A stretch of 64,000 bases of DNA, taken from Octopus vulgaris (lineage: Eukaryota). Numbering within the stretch: position 1 is the stretch's first letter; each line of letters begins with the position of its first letter. Of the stretch, positions 38,967 to 50,660 are shown one piece after another. The notes below the pieces were generated by a model. It did not search any database and was not told where the DNA came from. It worked only from the letters and a program-made list of their open reading frames with translations. The position numbers and the translations under genes are program-made. Location: positions 42,966,001 through 43,030,000 of the forward strand of contig OX597830.1 of assembly GCA_951406725.2 (NCBI GenBank). Reading direction: 5' to 3'.

Positions 38967-39634
38967 CTCTGAAAATTGATTTTACTCACAAGATCCTTTC
39001 ATAGGACAAACTCTGACATGATTAAAATTTTAAGCACCACAAATACAATAGCAAGTATCTGTCATTGTTGCAGTTGTCTTTTCCTTATGTGATGGAATTA
39101 TTTGCAATCCTGGCTTGGGCATTTGTAACAAACTCCAGACACAAAATGTAGACTTTGTGTTTTCTTTATGTGTGATGATTGACAATAAAGTGTACAGTCT
39201 GAGTAACTCTCTCAAATCCCATTTGATCCTTGAATTGGTTGCAATCTCCACAAGTGACATTGAATTGAACAGCTCTCTGCTTAGATACAAATGCATAGCA
39301 TTATTATTGTGAATTGTTTAGAAACATGAGGTGAATAAAAGATGGTGTCTGCCTGTTCATGACCATAAGTAACAAGTTAATAATAAAAGAATTTATGTAA
39401 GATTTCAGAAACAAGTTAAACAGGTATCTTCTGAACAAGTAGTGGCCTAATAACTCGAGTTCTACTCCACTGAAGGCATAAGACTCAAGTCACAGGAAAA
39501 ACATTATTTCAATAAACTGGATACTTCACAAAATGTAAATGTATTGAGGCCTCTTTCCTCATTCATTTGGCACAATTAAACGTGTGTGTATATGTCTGTC
39601 TACCTGTCTCTGTATTGCATTGTAAAATGTAAAT

Positions 39635-40035
39635 CATCATTATTGTCATTGTTTAATATCTGCTTTCCATGCTGGCATGGGATAAACAGTTTGACAGAGG
39701 ACTGGCAAGCCAGGAGGCTGCACCAAGTTCCAATCTGATCTGGCATGGTTTTTACAGCTGGATGCCCTTCCTAATGCCAACCATTCCAAGAGTGTAGTGG
39801 GTGCTTTTTACATGCCATACGCACAGGAGCTACTTAGGTGGCACTGGCATCAACCATGCTCAAATGTTGCTTTTTATGTGCCACCAGCATGAGTACCAGT
39901 CAGGTTTCACTGGCATCAGCCATGCTCGAATGGTGCTTTTTATGTGCCACTGGCATAGGAACCAGTGAAGCAGCACTAGCATTGGCCATGTTTGAATGGT
40001 GCCTTTTATATGACAGTGGTACGGGTGCCATATTT
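39635..40035 (-). mobile_element. RTE 3' UTR fragment
   Basis: ctttccatgctggcatggg..ctggatgcccttcctaatgccaacc plus subrepeats. Shorter copies at 53316-53447 (-) and 60150-60320 (+). Confidence 0.8.
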
Positions 40036-40692
40036 ACAAAAACAATAAGTGATTATTTTTGCTTCCGTTATTTTATTAATAATTCTAAAATACCCCCTTT
40101 TATTCTGTGACTTATTTAATTATTAATCAAGGATTTTCTCTTGTGCCCTTTTCCTCTTCAATGATTCATAATTTTGCAGTTTTTAAAATATATTCCTGGT
40201 CACTGAATACAGACTGAAATTTCTTGTTATAGCAATCACATTTTTTTTACTTTTACATGTTGCCTCCAGGGATTTTTATTTGGCCAAGAGTCTTTTGCAA
40301 CATGGCTAATCTTTGTTCTGAGAAGTTTTTACATATTTAGAGCTTTACTGCAATCAAGTCTACTTGCCAATATTTTCTCTTCAATTTTTTTCAGATGAGA
40401 TCATTATTGAAAAAACCCATTCAATATCAGCATTGCTGCTTAGACTAGAGAAGATATAAATACTCACTGTTTGTCTTTCACCCCTCATTTCTCGACATGA
40501 GTGTCTTAGGGCTTCATTTATTGAAAGAGGAAAGATAAAATGAATTAAGAAAAGTTTAAAATTATTATAAATACAGAGAGGTTCTTTTAATTTCATTGAC
40601 TCTCATTTAAAACTCTATTTTTGTATTTTTAGAAAGAAAATTCAAATTAACTAGAAAGAATTTGAAGACAAAACGAAAATAAATTTGAAAAT

Positions 40693-40713
40693 ATGCCTGA
40701 TAGAAATAGACAG
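40693..40713 (+). CDS. Gene 2 first coding segment MPDRNRQ (exon 40633-40713, with 5' UTR)
   Basis: tttttag acceptor at 40632, cag|gtaagt donor. All three frames have stops upstream of the ATG. Phase 0 joins the 47806 exon. Confidence 0.6.
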
Positions 40714-40897
40714 GTAAGTATTGAAAGTAAGAAGAGCAGAAAACAAAAAATGTGAACGAGTCTGTGCATATTATTGTTGTTACTGTTGTTTAACCCATAT
40801 TCTGTTCACATGAAACAGATTTATGACAAGTAGTATTATAGCAATGATCATTACAAACCTTTTAGACATAGCGTATCTGGGACTATGATATCCAATA

Positions 40898-41485
40898 TGT
40901 AGTGGATGCGTGGATGTATTAATAAATACATAAGTGTTTTGTAATAAATTAAAGATTTATTATCACTACATCAATTTGTAAGCAATGCTACACATCGCTT
41001 GTACAAAATGCATATTAAATAGTGGTTGCAAATAATACATATTAAAGGAATGCATAATACAGGATACACATTAAAGCAGAATATGTTTGATGGTGCGTGT
41101 GTGTGTGTGTGTGTGTGTAAATCATGCAGGACAGAGTCACCTTTCTGAATATTCTTTCGTCGTCCTCATAAATGCGTGGCGTTCTCTTAAACGTTGATTC
41201 GGGTTCTCTCTAGATACCTATTTCTCCGTTCTATTTATAACATCTCAAATAGCCAGAAAAATAGATATACCGCAAGAGAGTTATCATTAAAGTAGGTCGC
41301 TGGTCGTCCTGTTAAACTTCGCCTGACCTGCTCGGGTCAGAGGTCGAAGGGAGACGATCCATCATTTTTTGTCAGAACAAAGAGATTCTGATTTCGCGCC
41401 TTTTTGTGCATTGGTATTTTACGACCAATGATTCTTGGGTCTGATTTCGAATCCAAGCTTTGAGAAGGAAGTGCTAATTCTTACA
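40898..41485 (-). repeat. 3' LTR
   Basis: tgtagtgg...cttaca, 588 bp, no difference from 46206-46793 seen by eye. Confidence 0.97.
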
Positions 41486-41498
41486 CTACCCCCCTTCT
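41486..41498 (-). promoter_or_regulatory. Polypurine tract
   Basis: AGAAGGGGGGTAG immediately before the 3' LTR. Confidence 0.9.
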
Positions 41499-42068
41499 AG
41501 TGAGAAAGCCACAGAGATCGAACGATATTGGAAATGTATTATTATTATTATTTTATTATTATTATTTTTTTTTTTTTTTTGATTGTGTGCATGTAGAAAA
41601 AAAATTTTTTTTTACACATTGAACGATAAAAATATGCATGAAAGGTTTACAATTTGTGTGTGCTATATGGTGGGCAATATGTATATGTGCCCAGGCAGAA
41701 TTATGTTGGCGCGTTGAAAGAGATGTGCGTCTATTGATTACTCGACCTACTAGGTCTAATAGAGGCAAGGCGTCTTTCAGTGGCGAAAAAATATCGAGTG
41801 ATAGCACGCATGTGAACAAGATTTGTGAATGTGTGTGGATATACAGTTAGCAAAAAAAATATATTTATGAGAAAGCAAACATTTTGAAGAGAAAACCAAA
41901 AAATATGTACATGCAAAAATGAAAGAAATGTTCATCGGCAAAGTTCGATTTTGAAATGTTCCGTAAAAGTTCATACAGACAGTTTTTGTTTTCATTTTTT
42001 TTTTTTTTTTCTTTACGTACACAAAAGTTCTTTGATTTCTCTGGGTGGGTGATGCAGTTATGTGTTCA

Positions 42069-45000
42069 TTAGGAAGATGGATACGTTAGGAGTTCAGAAC
42101 TTACCCGAAAAACTTGCACAAACCTTGCTGGCCATCGAACTGTTCTTCCTGATTTGGTGTGTCGGGGTTGTGCAGAATCTGTGATGTTCGCTGGAGTTGC
42201 CGAGTCTGTTTGAGGAAAAGAGGGGACTGAATGTAAGTCCTCCTCGATGAAAGCTTTTTTTAAACGATCAATCGAGACCGTATTTCGTTTACCTCCAATA
42301 TCGAGGACGAAATACTTGGGTTCTCTTTTGATGACCTTGTAGGGCCCGGAATATGGTGGTCGAAGTTGAGAGGGTATCCCATCATTCCTCACGAAGACAT
42401 GAGTCCATGTGTTGATATCTTTTGGGACACGTGAAACGACGTTCTGTTGTCTGGGGCCTGAGGGTGATACTTGCGACATGGATGTTCGTAATCGGTGCAC
42501 ATATTGTTGTGGGTCAGGGAAGTTTTGTGAAACAGGTTCGATCATCTGCCCAGGTAAGGTGAGTGTTGTGCCATAAACGAGTTCGGCCGGAGTATATCCC
42601 AGTTCTTCCTTAATCGTGGATCGAATTCCAAGGAGGATGAGAGGGAGATGTTCCAACCAGTGAGAACTGTCTGGAGCTGCTTTTATAGATGCCTTGAGTT
42701 GGCGGTGAAAGCGTTCCACCATGCCATTTGCTGCAGGGTGGTAAGCTGTAGTGCGGGTGTGTTTACACCCGAGGAGACGAGTCAGCTCGGTGAAAAGGTG
42801 GGAATCGAACTGACGTCCTCTGTCGGTGGTAATTGTTGCGGGTGTGCCAAAACGCGAAACCCATTGTGATATCAGTGTTTTAGCGACCGTTTCTGCTGAT
42901 ATATCAGATAGGGGCCAGGCTTCGGGCCATCGCGAGAACCTATCTACGCAAGTTAGCAAATATGAATAGTTCTGCGAAGGTGGCAGGGGTCCAACGATAT
43001 CAATGTGAACGTGCTGAAATCGTGCATCGGGCTGCGAAAATGAACCGATTGGTGATTTTATGTGCCGGTGGATTTTCGCTTTTTGGCACGCAACACAGCA
43101 CTTGGTCCATTCTCTGATATCCTTGTTGATACTGGTCCACACAAAACGGGTCGATATTAGCTTTTGAGTGGAGCGAATACCAGGATGTGACAGAGAATGT
43201 AGAGCGGAGAAAACTTCTCGACGATATTTCTGTGGTACATAAGGGCGTTGGTAACCAGTGGAAATATCACACCAAATATGGGCTGTGGATGATGGTAGTG
43301 GAACATGCTGAAATTTCAGAGATGACGAATTCCGGAGCTTTAGAAGTTCTTCGTCATTCTCCTGGTCAGCTGCTATACGTGCCAGATCAATTGTAGACGT
43401 GGTGTGGATAGCATTGATCTGCGCACGTGAAAGTGCATCGGCTGCCACGTTGGTCGTCCCTTTGATGTGGCGTATATCCGTCGTGTACTGCGATATGAAG
43501 TCGAGGTGGCGTATTTCTCTTGGCGAATGGCGATCCGGTTTGGTGTTAAATGCGTATACTAATGGCTTGTGGTCGGTATATATGGCAAAATTGGTACCTT
43601 CTAGCATATGACGGAAATGCTTAACGGCCAGGTATGCCGCCAATAATTCCCGACTGAATGTGCTGTATTTGGTTTCCGCGGGTTTTAACCGCTTAGAAAA
43701 GAAAGACAACGGTTGCCATATACCGTCAACAAGCTGTTGTAGCACACCTCCGATTCCGGAATCGGATGCATCAACGAGTAAACATCGTGGGGCGTCTGGT
43801 TTTGGATAAACCAACATGGTAGCGCTAGATAACGCTTTTTTCAGGGCAGCGAAAGAAACGAGTTGATCTTCGGTCAGAGCTATATCTGCATTTTTGCCGG
43901 TTCGCTGACGTAGCAAATCCGTGAGCGGTTGCGCTATTTCAGCGAGGTGGGGCACGAACCGTCGATAGAAATTCGCTAGACCGAGATATTCCCTTAATTT
44001 GCGGAGAGATGTGGGTGGTGGAAAATCCACGATGGCCTTGACTTTCTCGGGAAGGGGACGAATTCCATTTTTATCGACTATATGGCCGAGAAAATGAAGG
44101 GAAGCAACTCCGAACAAACATTTAGTAGGGTTGATAACAATTCCGAATTTACGTAAACGTTCGAATAGCAGGTGAAGGTGTTGATTATGCTCTTCGTCCG
44201 AGTTACTGGCCACGAGTATGTCGTCTATGTAGGCATAGACGAAAGGCAAACCTCTAGTCACCATGTCGATAAACCTTTGGAATGTCTGTGCCGCGTTTCG
44301 TAAACCGAAAGGCATACGCAGGAATTCAAACATTCCGAAAGGTGTAGTCACTGCTGTCTTTGAGATGTCTGCAGGTTCGACTGGGATTTGGTTGTATGCT
44401 CGCACCAGGTCGATTTTTGAAAAGATGCGAGCTCCATGCAGCGAGCTTGAAAAGTCCTGAAGAAAAGGCACCGGATAGGCATCACTGATAGTGCTTTTAT
44501 TCAGTGATCGATAATCGCCGCAAACCCGCCAATCGGTCGATGATTTTTTGGGGACGCAGTGTATCGGCGAGGACCAGTTGCTGCTGGAAACGCGGATGAT
44601 TCCGAGGTCGAGCATGTGCTGGAATTCCCGCTTGACGGCCTGGAGACGATCAGGTGGTAACCTTCTGGGCCTTGCAGCAACAGGTGGACCGCTGGTTTTG
44701 ATGTGGTGGGTAACGTCGTGCTTTATCGGCTGGTTATGAAAAACTGGCCGGGCGACATCTGGATAATCATTCAGGATGGAACTGTGACGAGTCGTTGTCG
44801 TAAGCATTACAGTTGGGCTGACTGTGTCCATTCGAGCGGCTATACCGCGCACAGTAAGCTTGGTGGTGGTGTCGACAAGTCGTCTGTTCTTTATGTCTAC
44901 CAGGAGACCGAAATGATGCAGGAAATCGGCTCCTAAGATAGGGGTCGGCAGTTTAGCGACGACGAATACCCACTGAAATGTGCGGCGTAGTCCTATGTTT

Positions 45001-45236
45001 AATGTTAGGGACTGTTCACCGTAGGTTGGAATGGGTGAATGGTTGACTGCCTGAAGACAGACTGATGTCTCTTTTCTTTTTCCAGAAGTGTTGGAGACTG
45101 GTATGATGCTGACTTCCGCACCTGTGTCAACCAGGAAACGCGTGCCTGTTACACGATCGCAAACGAAAAACAGGCGACTGTGTGGGTGCGAACCAGGAAC
45201 TTCCGTCGCGTTCAATTCCTGGCTGTGCCGTTTCCC
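42069..45236 (-). CDS. pol: Pol polyprotein (protease, RT, RNase H, integrase), reached by -1 frameshift
   Basis: Uninterrupted ORF with LVDTGA, YIDD, VDASD, HSLSHPG..CVAC, DIVGP/TDRG/VERFHR and GPY motifs. Confidence 0.97.
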   Translation of the reverse strand, partial: GKRHSQELNATEVPGSHPHSRLFFVCDRVTGTRFLVDTGAEVSIIPVSNTSGKRKETSVCLQAVNHSPIPTYGEQSLTLNIGLRRTFQWVFVVAKLPTPILGADFLHHFGLLVDIKNRRLVDTTTKLTVRGIAARMDTVSPTVMLTTTTRHSSILNDYPDVARPVFHNQPIKHDVTHHIKTSGPPVAARPRRLPPDRLQAVKREFQHMLDLGIIRVSSSNWSSPIHCVPKKSSTDWRVCGDYRSLNKSTISDAYPVPFLQDFSSSLHGARIFSKIDLVRAYNQIPVEPADISKTAVTTPFGMFEFLRMPFGLRNAAQTFQRFIDMVTRGLPFVYAYIDDILVASNSDEEHNQHLHLLFERLRKFGIVINPTKCLFGVASLHFLGHIVDKNGIRPLPEKVKAIVDFPPPTSLRKLREYLGLANFYRRFVPHLAEIAQPLTDLLRQRTGKNADIALTEDQLVSFAALKKALSSATMLVYPKPDAPRCLLVDASDSGIGGVLQQLVDGIWQPLSFFSKRLKPAETKYSTFSRELLAAYLAVKHFRHMLEGTNFAIYTDHKPLVYAFNTKPDRHSPREIRHLDFISQYTTDIRHIKGTTNVAADALSRAQINAIHTTSTIDLARIAADQENDEELLKLRNSSSLKFQHVPLPSSTAHIWCDISTGYQRPYVPQKYRREVFSALHSLSHPGIRSTQKLISTRFVWTSINKDIREWTKCCVACQKAKIHRHIKSPIGSFSQPDARFQHVHIDIVGPLPPSQNYSYLLTCVDRFSRWPEAWPLSDISAETVAKTLISQWVSRFGTPATITTDRGRQFDSHLFTELTRLLGCKHTRTTAYHPAANGMVERFHRQLKASIKAAPDSSHWLEHLPLILLGIRSTIKEELGYTPAELVYGTTLTLPGQMIEPVSQNFPDPQQYVHRLRTSMSQVSPSGPRQQNVVSRVPKDINTWTHVFVRNDGIPSQLRPPYSGPYKVIKREPKYFVLDIGGKRNTVSIDRLKKAFIEEDLHSVPSFPQTDSATPANITDSAQPRHTKSGRTVRWPARFVQVFRVSSELLTYPSS
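45187..45236 (-). promoter_or_regulatory. -1 ribosomal frameshift signal
   Basis: G GGA AAC heptamer (45230-45236) in the gag frame, then the stem agccaggaat/gttcctggtt. Pol is -1 relative to gag. Confidence 0.8.
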
Positions 45237-46087
45237 GAACTGGGTGAGGAAAACGAGCACGGCACCGTACATTTTTGTGCCCGTGTTCCGAATGTTCGGT
45301 GGTACCAACACGTGTCATGTGAGTTTCGGGTAGCACTAGGGCTTCGGGACCGTCTGCCATCTCGTCGAGATCGGCTGGTGCTTCGACGCTGGGGACTAAA
45401 CTTTAGGGCTTGTATTTGGGCTGTGAGAATTTGTATTTGCGCAGCTTGCTGCGTCATTAATGCACGCAAATCCGAAATCTCTGAAGAACTGGTTTGTGCA
45501 CGGAAAGGATTGGTACTGGGAGAGGCTGGCGTCACCGTCGATACCGTTGGATATCTGTGCGGTACTTCGGCTATTTTGTCAGCTAGCTCCGCCAGTTCTT
45601 CAAGGGATGTGTTTTCTCTGGTGGACGCGAGAACAACCTGGGTATTGGAGGGCAGACGCTGGAGAAAAAGTTGCTTGAAGATTTTTTCTGGGAGCGTCTC
45701 ATCTCCGAGAAGCTGTTTCATTCTCCGAAGAAGCTGGGACGGCGTTTTGTCACCCAATTCTTCCGATATCAGAAGCTGGTGAAGTCTTTTTTGTTGGGAT
45801 TCTGAGGTTCTGTTTATTAACGTAGTTTTAAAAACTTCATATGAAACAGAACCGGGTGGTGCCATGATAAGGTCGCGTATCACGTTCGTTATTTCTGGTG
45901 ACAGAGAACTGATAACGTGAGAAAGTCGAGCCGCATCGCTCGATATTCTGTGAGAGGCAAACTGTGCCTCTATATGGTGAAACCACAATGTCGGGTCGTG
46001 GGTCCAGAATGGTGGAATTTTTAACGAGATCGCCGCTTGGAATGCCATGTCGATGTTGGCCGCTGGGTTTTGTTCCGGGAGATTCAT
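45212..46087 (-). CDS. gag: Gag (about 291 aa from MNLPEQ)
   Basis: [18 protein letters not shown]-terminal motif and [18 protein letters not shown] (CHCC) motif. Confidence 0.92.
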   Translation of the reverse strand: MNLPEQNPAANIDMAFQAAISLKIPPFWTHDPTLWFHHIEAQFASHRISSDAARLSHVISSLSPEITNVIRDLIMAPPGSVSYEVFKTTLINRTSESQQKRLHQLLISEELGDKTPSQLLRRMKQLLGDETLPEKIFKQLFLQRLPSNTQVVLASTRENTSLEELAELADKIAEVPHRYPTVSTVTPASPSTNPFRAQTSSSEISDLRALMTQQAAQIQILTAQIQALKFSPQRRSTSRSRRDGRRSRSPSATRNSHDTCWYHRTFGTRAQKCTVPCSFSSPSSGNGTARN

Positions 46088-46192
46088 TGTTTCCGTCGGA
46101 ATTTTCAGTTGCTTCGTTGCTGGTGATGTGCAAACTGTAATTCTTCGACGCGGTTGATGAAGCTGGTTCCGGGGAAGGCGCGATTCGTTTTG

Positions 46193-46203
46193 CGGGGTCA
46201 CCA
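46193..46203 (-). promoter_or_regulatory. Primer-binding site (tRNA-Trp)
   Basis: TGGTGACCCCG, 2 nt inside the 5' LTR, complementary to the tRNA-Trp 3' end CGGGGUCACCA. Confidence 0.85.
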
Positions 46204-46205
46204 AA

Positions 46206-46793
46206 TGTAGTGGATGCGTGGATGTATTAATAAATACATAAGTGTTTTGTAATAAATTAAAGATTTATTATCACTACATCAATTTGTAAGCAATGCTACA
46301 CATCGCTTGTACAAAATGCATATTAAATAGTGGTTGCAAATAATACATATTAAAGGAATGCATAATACAGGATACACATTAAAGCAGAATATGTTTGATG
46401 GTGCGTGTGTGTGTGTGTGTGTGTGTAAATCATGCAGGACAGAGTCACCTTTCTGAATATTCTTTCGTCGTCCTCATAAATGCGTGGCGTTCTCTTAAAC
46501 GTTGATTCGGGTTCTCTCTAGATACCTATTTCTCCGTTCTATTTATAACATCTCAAATAGCCAGAAAAATAGATATACCGCAAGAGAGTTATCATTAAAG
46601 TAGGTCGCTGGTCGTCCTGTTAAACTTCGCCTGACCTGCTCGGGTCAGAGGTCGAAGGGAGACGATCCATCATTTTTTGTCAGAACAAAGAGATTCTGAT
46701 TTCGCGCCTTTTTGTGCATTGGTATTTTACGACCAATGATTCTTGGGTCTGATTTCGAATCCAAGCTTTGAGAAGGAAGTGCTAATTCTTACA
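46206..46793 (-). repeat. 5' LTR
   Basis: 588-bp direct repeat of 40898-41485, adjacent to the PBS. Confidence 0.97.
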
Positions 46794-47805
46794 AATATAT
46801 ATATTACACTTTACCATCTTAAAAAAAGAACATGTTACATAAGTTAGTTCTAAATGTACTGTCTTAGGCAGGATGGTCATGACTGGAAAGTCTTTTGCCC
46901 TAAGTCTGTTCGATCAAAGCTGGCCTGAAGCTATGATAAAACAACATATCCTATATAACCTCCAATTGCTTTTCTAAATACATTTGTGTGTAATTTGAGA
47001 AGGGTTTGGTTGCTATAGATTTAGATGTGTATCCTACTATCCCATGGTGGTAGTGGTGTCATCTCTAATTTATTTCATGAAACCAAACCAATGTATCAGG
47101 CCTTCAAAGTTTACTATCCCTTTATTTTCACCTAAATAAGTGATAAACTAACTTGGTTAAATGGGCCTCTAAATTGGCAAATTGAGTTTGTAGGTCATAC
47201 ATTCAACTCTTTTCCTACATACTTCACATAGACTAGTGTATGATCAAAGATTTGAGTACCTCTTCAGCATCAAGCAATACTTTTGCTCTCAAAAGTTTTT
47301 AACATATCAATACATTTAATATGTACAAACATTTCCTGTGATATTGTTCAAATATTAAGGATAGTATAATCTACATACACACTTAGTGTCAAGTTAAAAT
47401 TAATAAACTGACAGAATGGTCCTTTACTGGCCAATACTCTGAATTGTATCTAAAGTAATAAAATGTTAAAGGATTTACAATGATATCATAAATACTGAAC
47501 TTTATGAAAATACAATAGTTTTAGATGTGATTGTAGATCTTCATTTGAAAGCAGTGATACTAAATATGTTTAGGTCTCAACAGCTAAATTGAAAATAAAA
47601 ATATCCTTTGTGTAAATGGATTTTCTGTGTCTATATCTGTGTGTAGTTGGATTTTGGAAGTGGTCATTCTTTATTTATTTCTTGCTATTGTTACTTATAT
47701 ACTTCCTCCTTTAAACATACATTTTACTTAAATCTTGTTTCTAACAAATAGAAATTCTAATTCCATCTTATCTTGTGACAATTAACATTTTGTTATATTT
47801 TTTAG

Positions 47806-47858
47806 TTTGGAAGAAGAGAAAGAAAAGGGAAACACACTATGACATCTTCTGATGATAA
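47806..47858 (+). CDS. Gene 2 A-type short exon (FGRRERKGKHTMTSSDD)
   Basis: tttttag acceptor, aa|gtaagt donor, 53 nt. Only the phase 0->2 frame is open. Confidence 0.7.
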
Positions 47859-48295
47859 GTAAGTAGACAAACCTTTCCAGATAACATTTTGTTGTGCCAA
47901 TAGTTTGATGAGAACTGATAAATCATCTTGAAAATTGCTATTTTTGTATTATTTGCATGCTGGATACAAGCTGAAAATTGATTACCTAGATTTGCCCTTG
48001 ACATTTAAAACTGTACCTCATTGGGCGGAAGTGAATGTTCCTGTGTCTAATAAGTTAAATGTTTTCAATGAACTGGAGTGCTGTACCTTGAAGAGGAGCA
48101 CGGAGAACAAAACAGCCTGCTGACATAGAATTAAATGACTTAGTGTTCCAATTAGTTCTTTCAAAGACATCAGCAGAATCATTGGATCCAGCTTTGGGAA
48201 CAGAATGTAGTTTTTCATTGACAAGAGAAAAGTAGTTGCAGTTCTTCAGTATGAAAAATGACATTGTTTATTGTAATGATGTTAATCATCAATTT

Positions 48296-48480
48296 ACTCT
48301 TTTACTCTTTTACTTGTTTCAGTCATTTGACTGTTGAGCAAATCGACCTCAGGACTTATTCTTTGTAAGCCTAGTACTTATTCTATTGATATCTTTTTGC
48401 CAAACTGCTAAGTTATGGGGACATCGATTGTCAAGCAATGTTGGGGGGATAAATACAGATACACAAACATATACACACAC

Positions 48481-48524
<44 letters not shown>

Positions 48525-48680
48525 ATGGGTTTCTTTCAGTTTCCGTCTACCAAATCCACTCCCAAGGCTTTGGTTGGCTCGAGGCTATAGTAGAAGACAC
48601 TTGCCCAAGGTACCATACAGTGGGACTGAACCTGGAACCATGTGGTTCATAAGCAAGCTACTTACCACACAGCCACTCCT
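48296..48680 (-). mobile_element. tRNA-derived SINE with internal (TA)n
   Basis: Minus-strand head ggagtggctgtgtggtaagtagcttgc..ggttcagtccca; (ttttactc)n tail. Confidence 0.75.
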
Positions 48681-49054
48681 ACACCTATTTCTTTAATATG
48701 CTACCTGTATTTGTATATATTTTTTCTTGTGAGTAACAATCATTTGTGTAGAAGGAAAGGAGACAAAAGAAGGTGGACAATGGTGGGAGGAGTGAAAATA
48801 TATCACACACACACACACACACACATCTAACTATGTCACAGGGTTCACAATCATGAGGTAGTGAATTCAATTCCCAGACCGGGCTGTGTGTTGTGTTCTT
48901 GAGCAAGGCACTTTATTTCACATTGCTCCAGTTCACTCAGCTGTAGAAATGAGTTGTGATGTCACTGGTGCCAAGTTGTATCCACATTTGCCTTTCCCAT
49001 ATGACAAATAAACTTTACTAATCTTAAACTTCCTCCTTGGTTCATTTTTTGCAG

Positions 49055-49157
49055 ATCACCAACCTCTCAATATGAGTCAGTACCAATGTTAGATATAACA
49101 ACAAATGATACATTATGGGGACAACAATCTCCAGAATCCAAAGAGCAACCCAAAAAA
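49055..49157 (+). CDS. Gene 2 B-type exon (SPTSQYESVPMLDITTNDTLWGQQSPESKEQPKK)
   Basis: tttgcag acceptor, weak aaa|gtatta donor, 103 nt, phase 2->0. Upstream intron is homologous to those before 54333 and 55606. Confidence 0.6.
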
Positions 49158-49299
49158 GTATTATCTTATATTTTTCATTAATTTTATCATTTCTGTTTTT
49201 ATAAATTATGACCGATGAGTAGTTTGGAATTTCAATAATGACTCTGTATTAACAGCAACATTATAAATTTCGTTTATGAATATCTTAACATATTTTTCA

Positions 49300-49800
49300 G
49301 TATAGCATTGTACAGATGGTTCCTATTTTTCATATATGTAGAGCAGTGTATAAATTTTGCAGATGAATAAAGCAGGCAAACATTTTTCAAATTGATTGAG
49401 CAACCTTCTATTTTTCATGTTGATGGATCAGTTTACTATTTTACATAGTCACAGAGCAAACTATATTTTTCCTATTGCTAGAGATAACTACTGTATTACA
49501 TAATGGTTGAACCAACTATTTTTTTATAAGCTGCTTTCAAACTTTTTAGAACAAGCTACTATTTTTCATATTGGTAGAATGAGCTACTAATTTTCATAAA
49601 GGTAGCAGAGGTGACTATTTTCATTTTGGTAGAACAGGTTACTGTTTATCATATTGGTAGAGCAGATTCTTGTATACTGGATTAGTACTGGATACTATTT
49701 CTTGTAATGGTAAAACCAGTTACTATTTTTCATATTGGTATTAATTTTTGTATTAGTAGCCCAGTTAGTATTTTTAACATTATTTGCAAGAGCTGCTATT
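49300..49800. repeat. Degenerate about 28-bp minisatellite (ctactatttttcatattggtagagc)
   Basis: ggtag recurs at 49573, 49601, 49628 and 49656. Related arrays at 54590-54720 and 55830-56420. Confidence 0.75.
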
Positions 49801-50085
49801 TTGCCATAAGTGCTGATGTGCACTTGTACAAGTACATCAGTCATGATGGATGTATGATGGTTGTATAAATGCATGTAAAATCTGATAAGAATTTGGATTG
49901 CACCTGAGATGCATAAATTTGTTAATCAAAGATCTTTAAGTAGTCTTTTTGTAAAATTTCCCAATTTTATAGATATTATTATGATGTTCTTTATATCTTT
50001 ATGTACATTATATCTTTGCTGCTTTTTTTTCTATAATGCATTAAAAGACCTCCCTGGAAGGCAAGAAACAGTTCTGCACATATAT

Positions 50086-50660
50086 GTTAGTTAGTTAGTT
50101 AGTTAATTTGGCTCAAAAGCAAATAGCAAGGCCATGTAGGGGGACATGGAGTTAAGTACAGGGTGGTGTTCATGTAAAGAGTTCAGGCCACTTGAGGTCC
50201 AGGGAGGCTTTGAACAAAGCGGTCGTCGGCATCTTCACCATCTCGTCTGGCAGCTTGTTCCACGGATCCGCAACCCGGACGGAGAAAGCTCCTCTCCTTC
50301 GATTGAGATGAAATCGTTGCAGGTAGAGCTTTTCGGAATGACCCCGCAGCCGACGCTCTGGAGCAGGAGTGAAGAACAGCTCTTTCAAGAGGTTACACTT
50401 TCCGCTTATGATGTTGTGGGCGAGAATGAGATCACCACGGCGGCGGCGTTTTTCAAGAGAATAAAGGTCGAGCGTCCTCAGCCTTTCTTCGTAGGACAAA
50501 TTTTTGAGACCATGAACCATGCAGGTAGCCAGCTTCTGGACTCTTTCGAGATGCTGTATGTCTTTGAGGAGATAAGGAGAAGAGGCTTGAATCCCATACT
50601 CCAATATGGGTCTCACCAGTGTGACATAGAGTGGTAGGAATATGGCTACTGTGAGCATTC
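50086..50660 (-). mobile_element. CR1-clade LINE 3' fragment
   Basis: LYVTLVRPILEYG..LERVQKLAT..YEERL..RRRRGDLI..WNKLP; (CTAA)n tail. Confidence 0.9.

Larger units (their letters stand above)
40898..46793 (-). mobile_element. Full-length Ty3/gypsy LTR retrotransposon, CsRn1 clade
   Basis: Two 588-bp TG..CA LTRs, 4-bp TSD AATA (40894-40897, 46794-46797), tRNA-Trp PBS, PPT, gag with CHCC motif, pol order PR-RT-RH-IN. Confidence 0.97.

Noticed and set aside
41486-42068. Possible env/ORF3 between pol and the 3' LTR
   Set aside because: Only short ORFs and A/T runs; no signal peptide or TM-bearing frame.
45180-45782. 200-aa plus-strand ORF
   Set aside because: Antisense to gag; no independent evidence.
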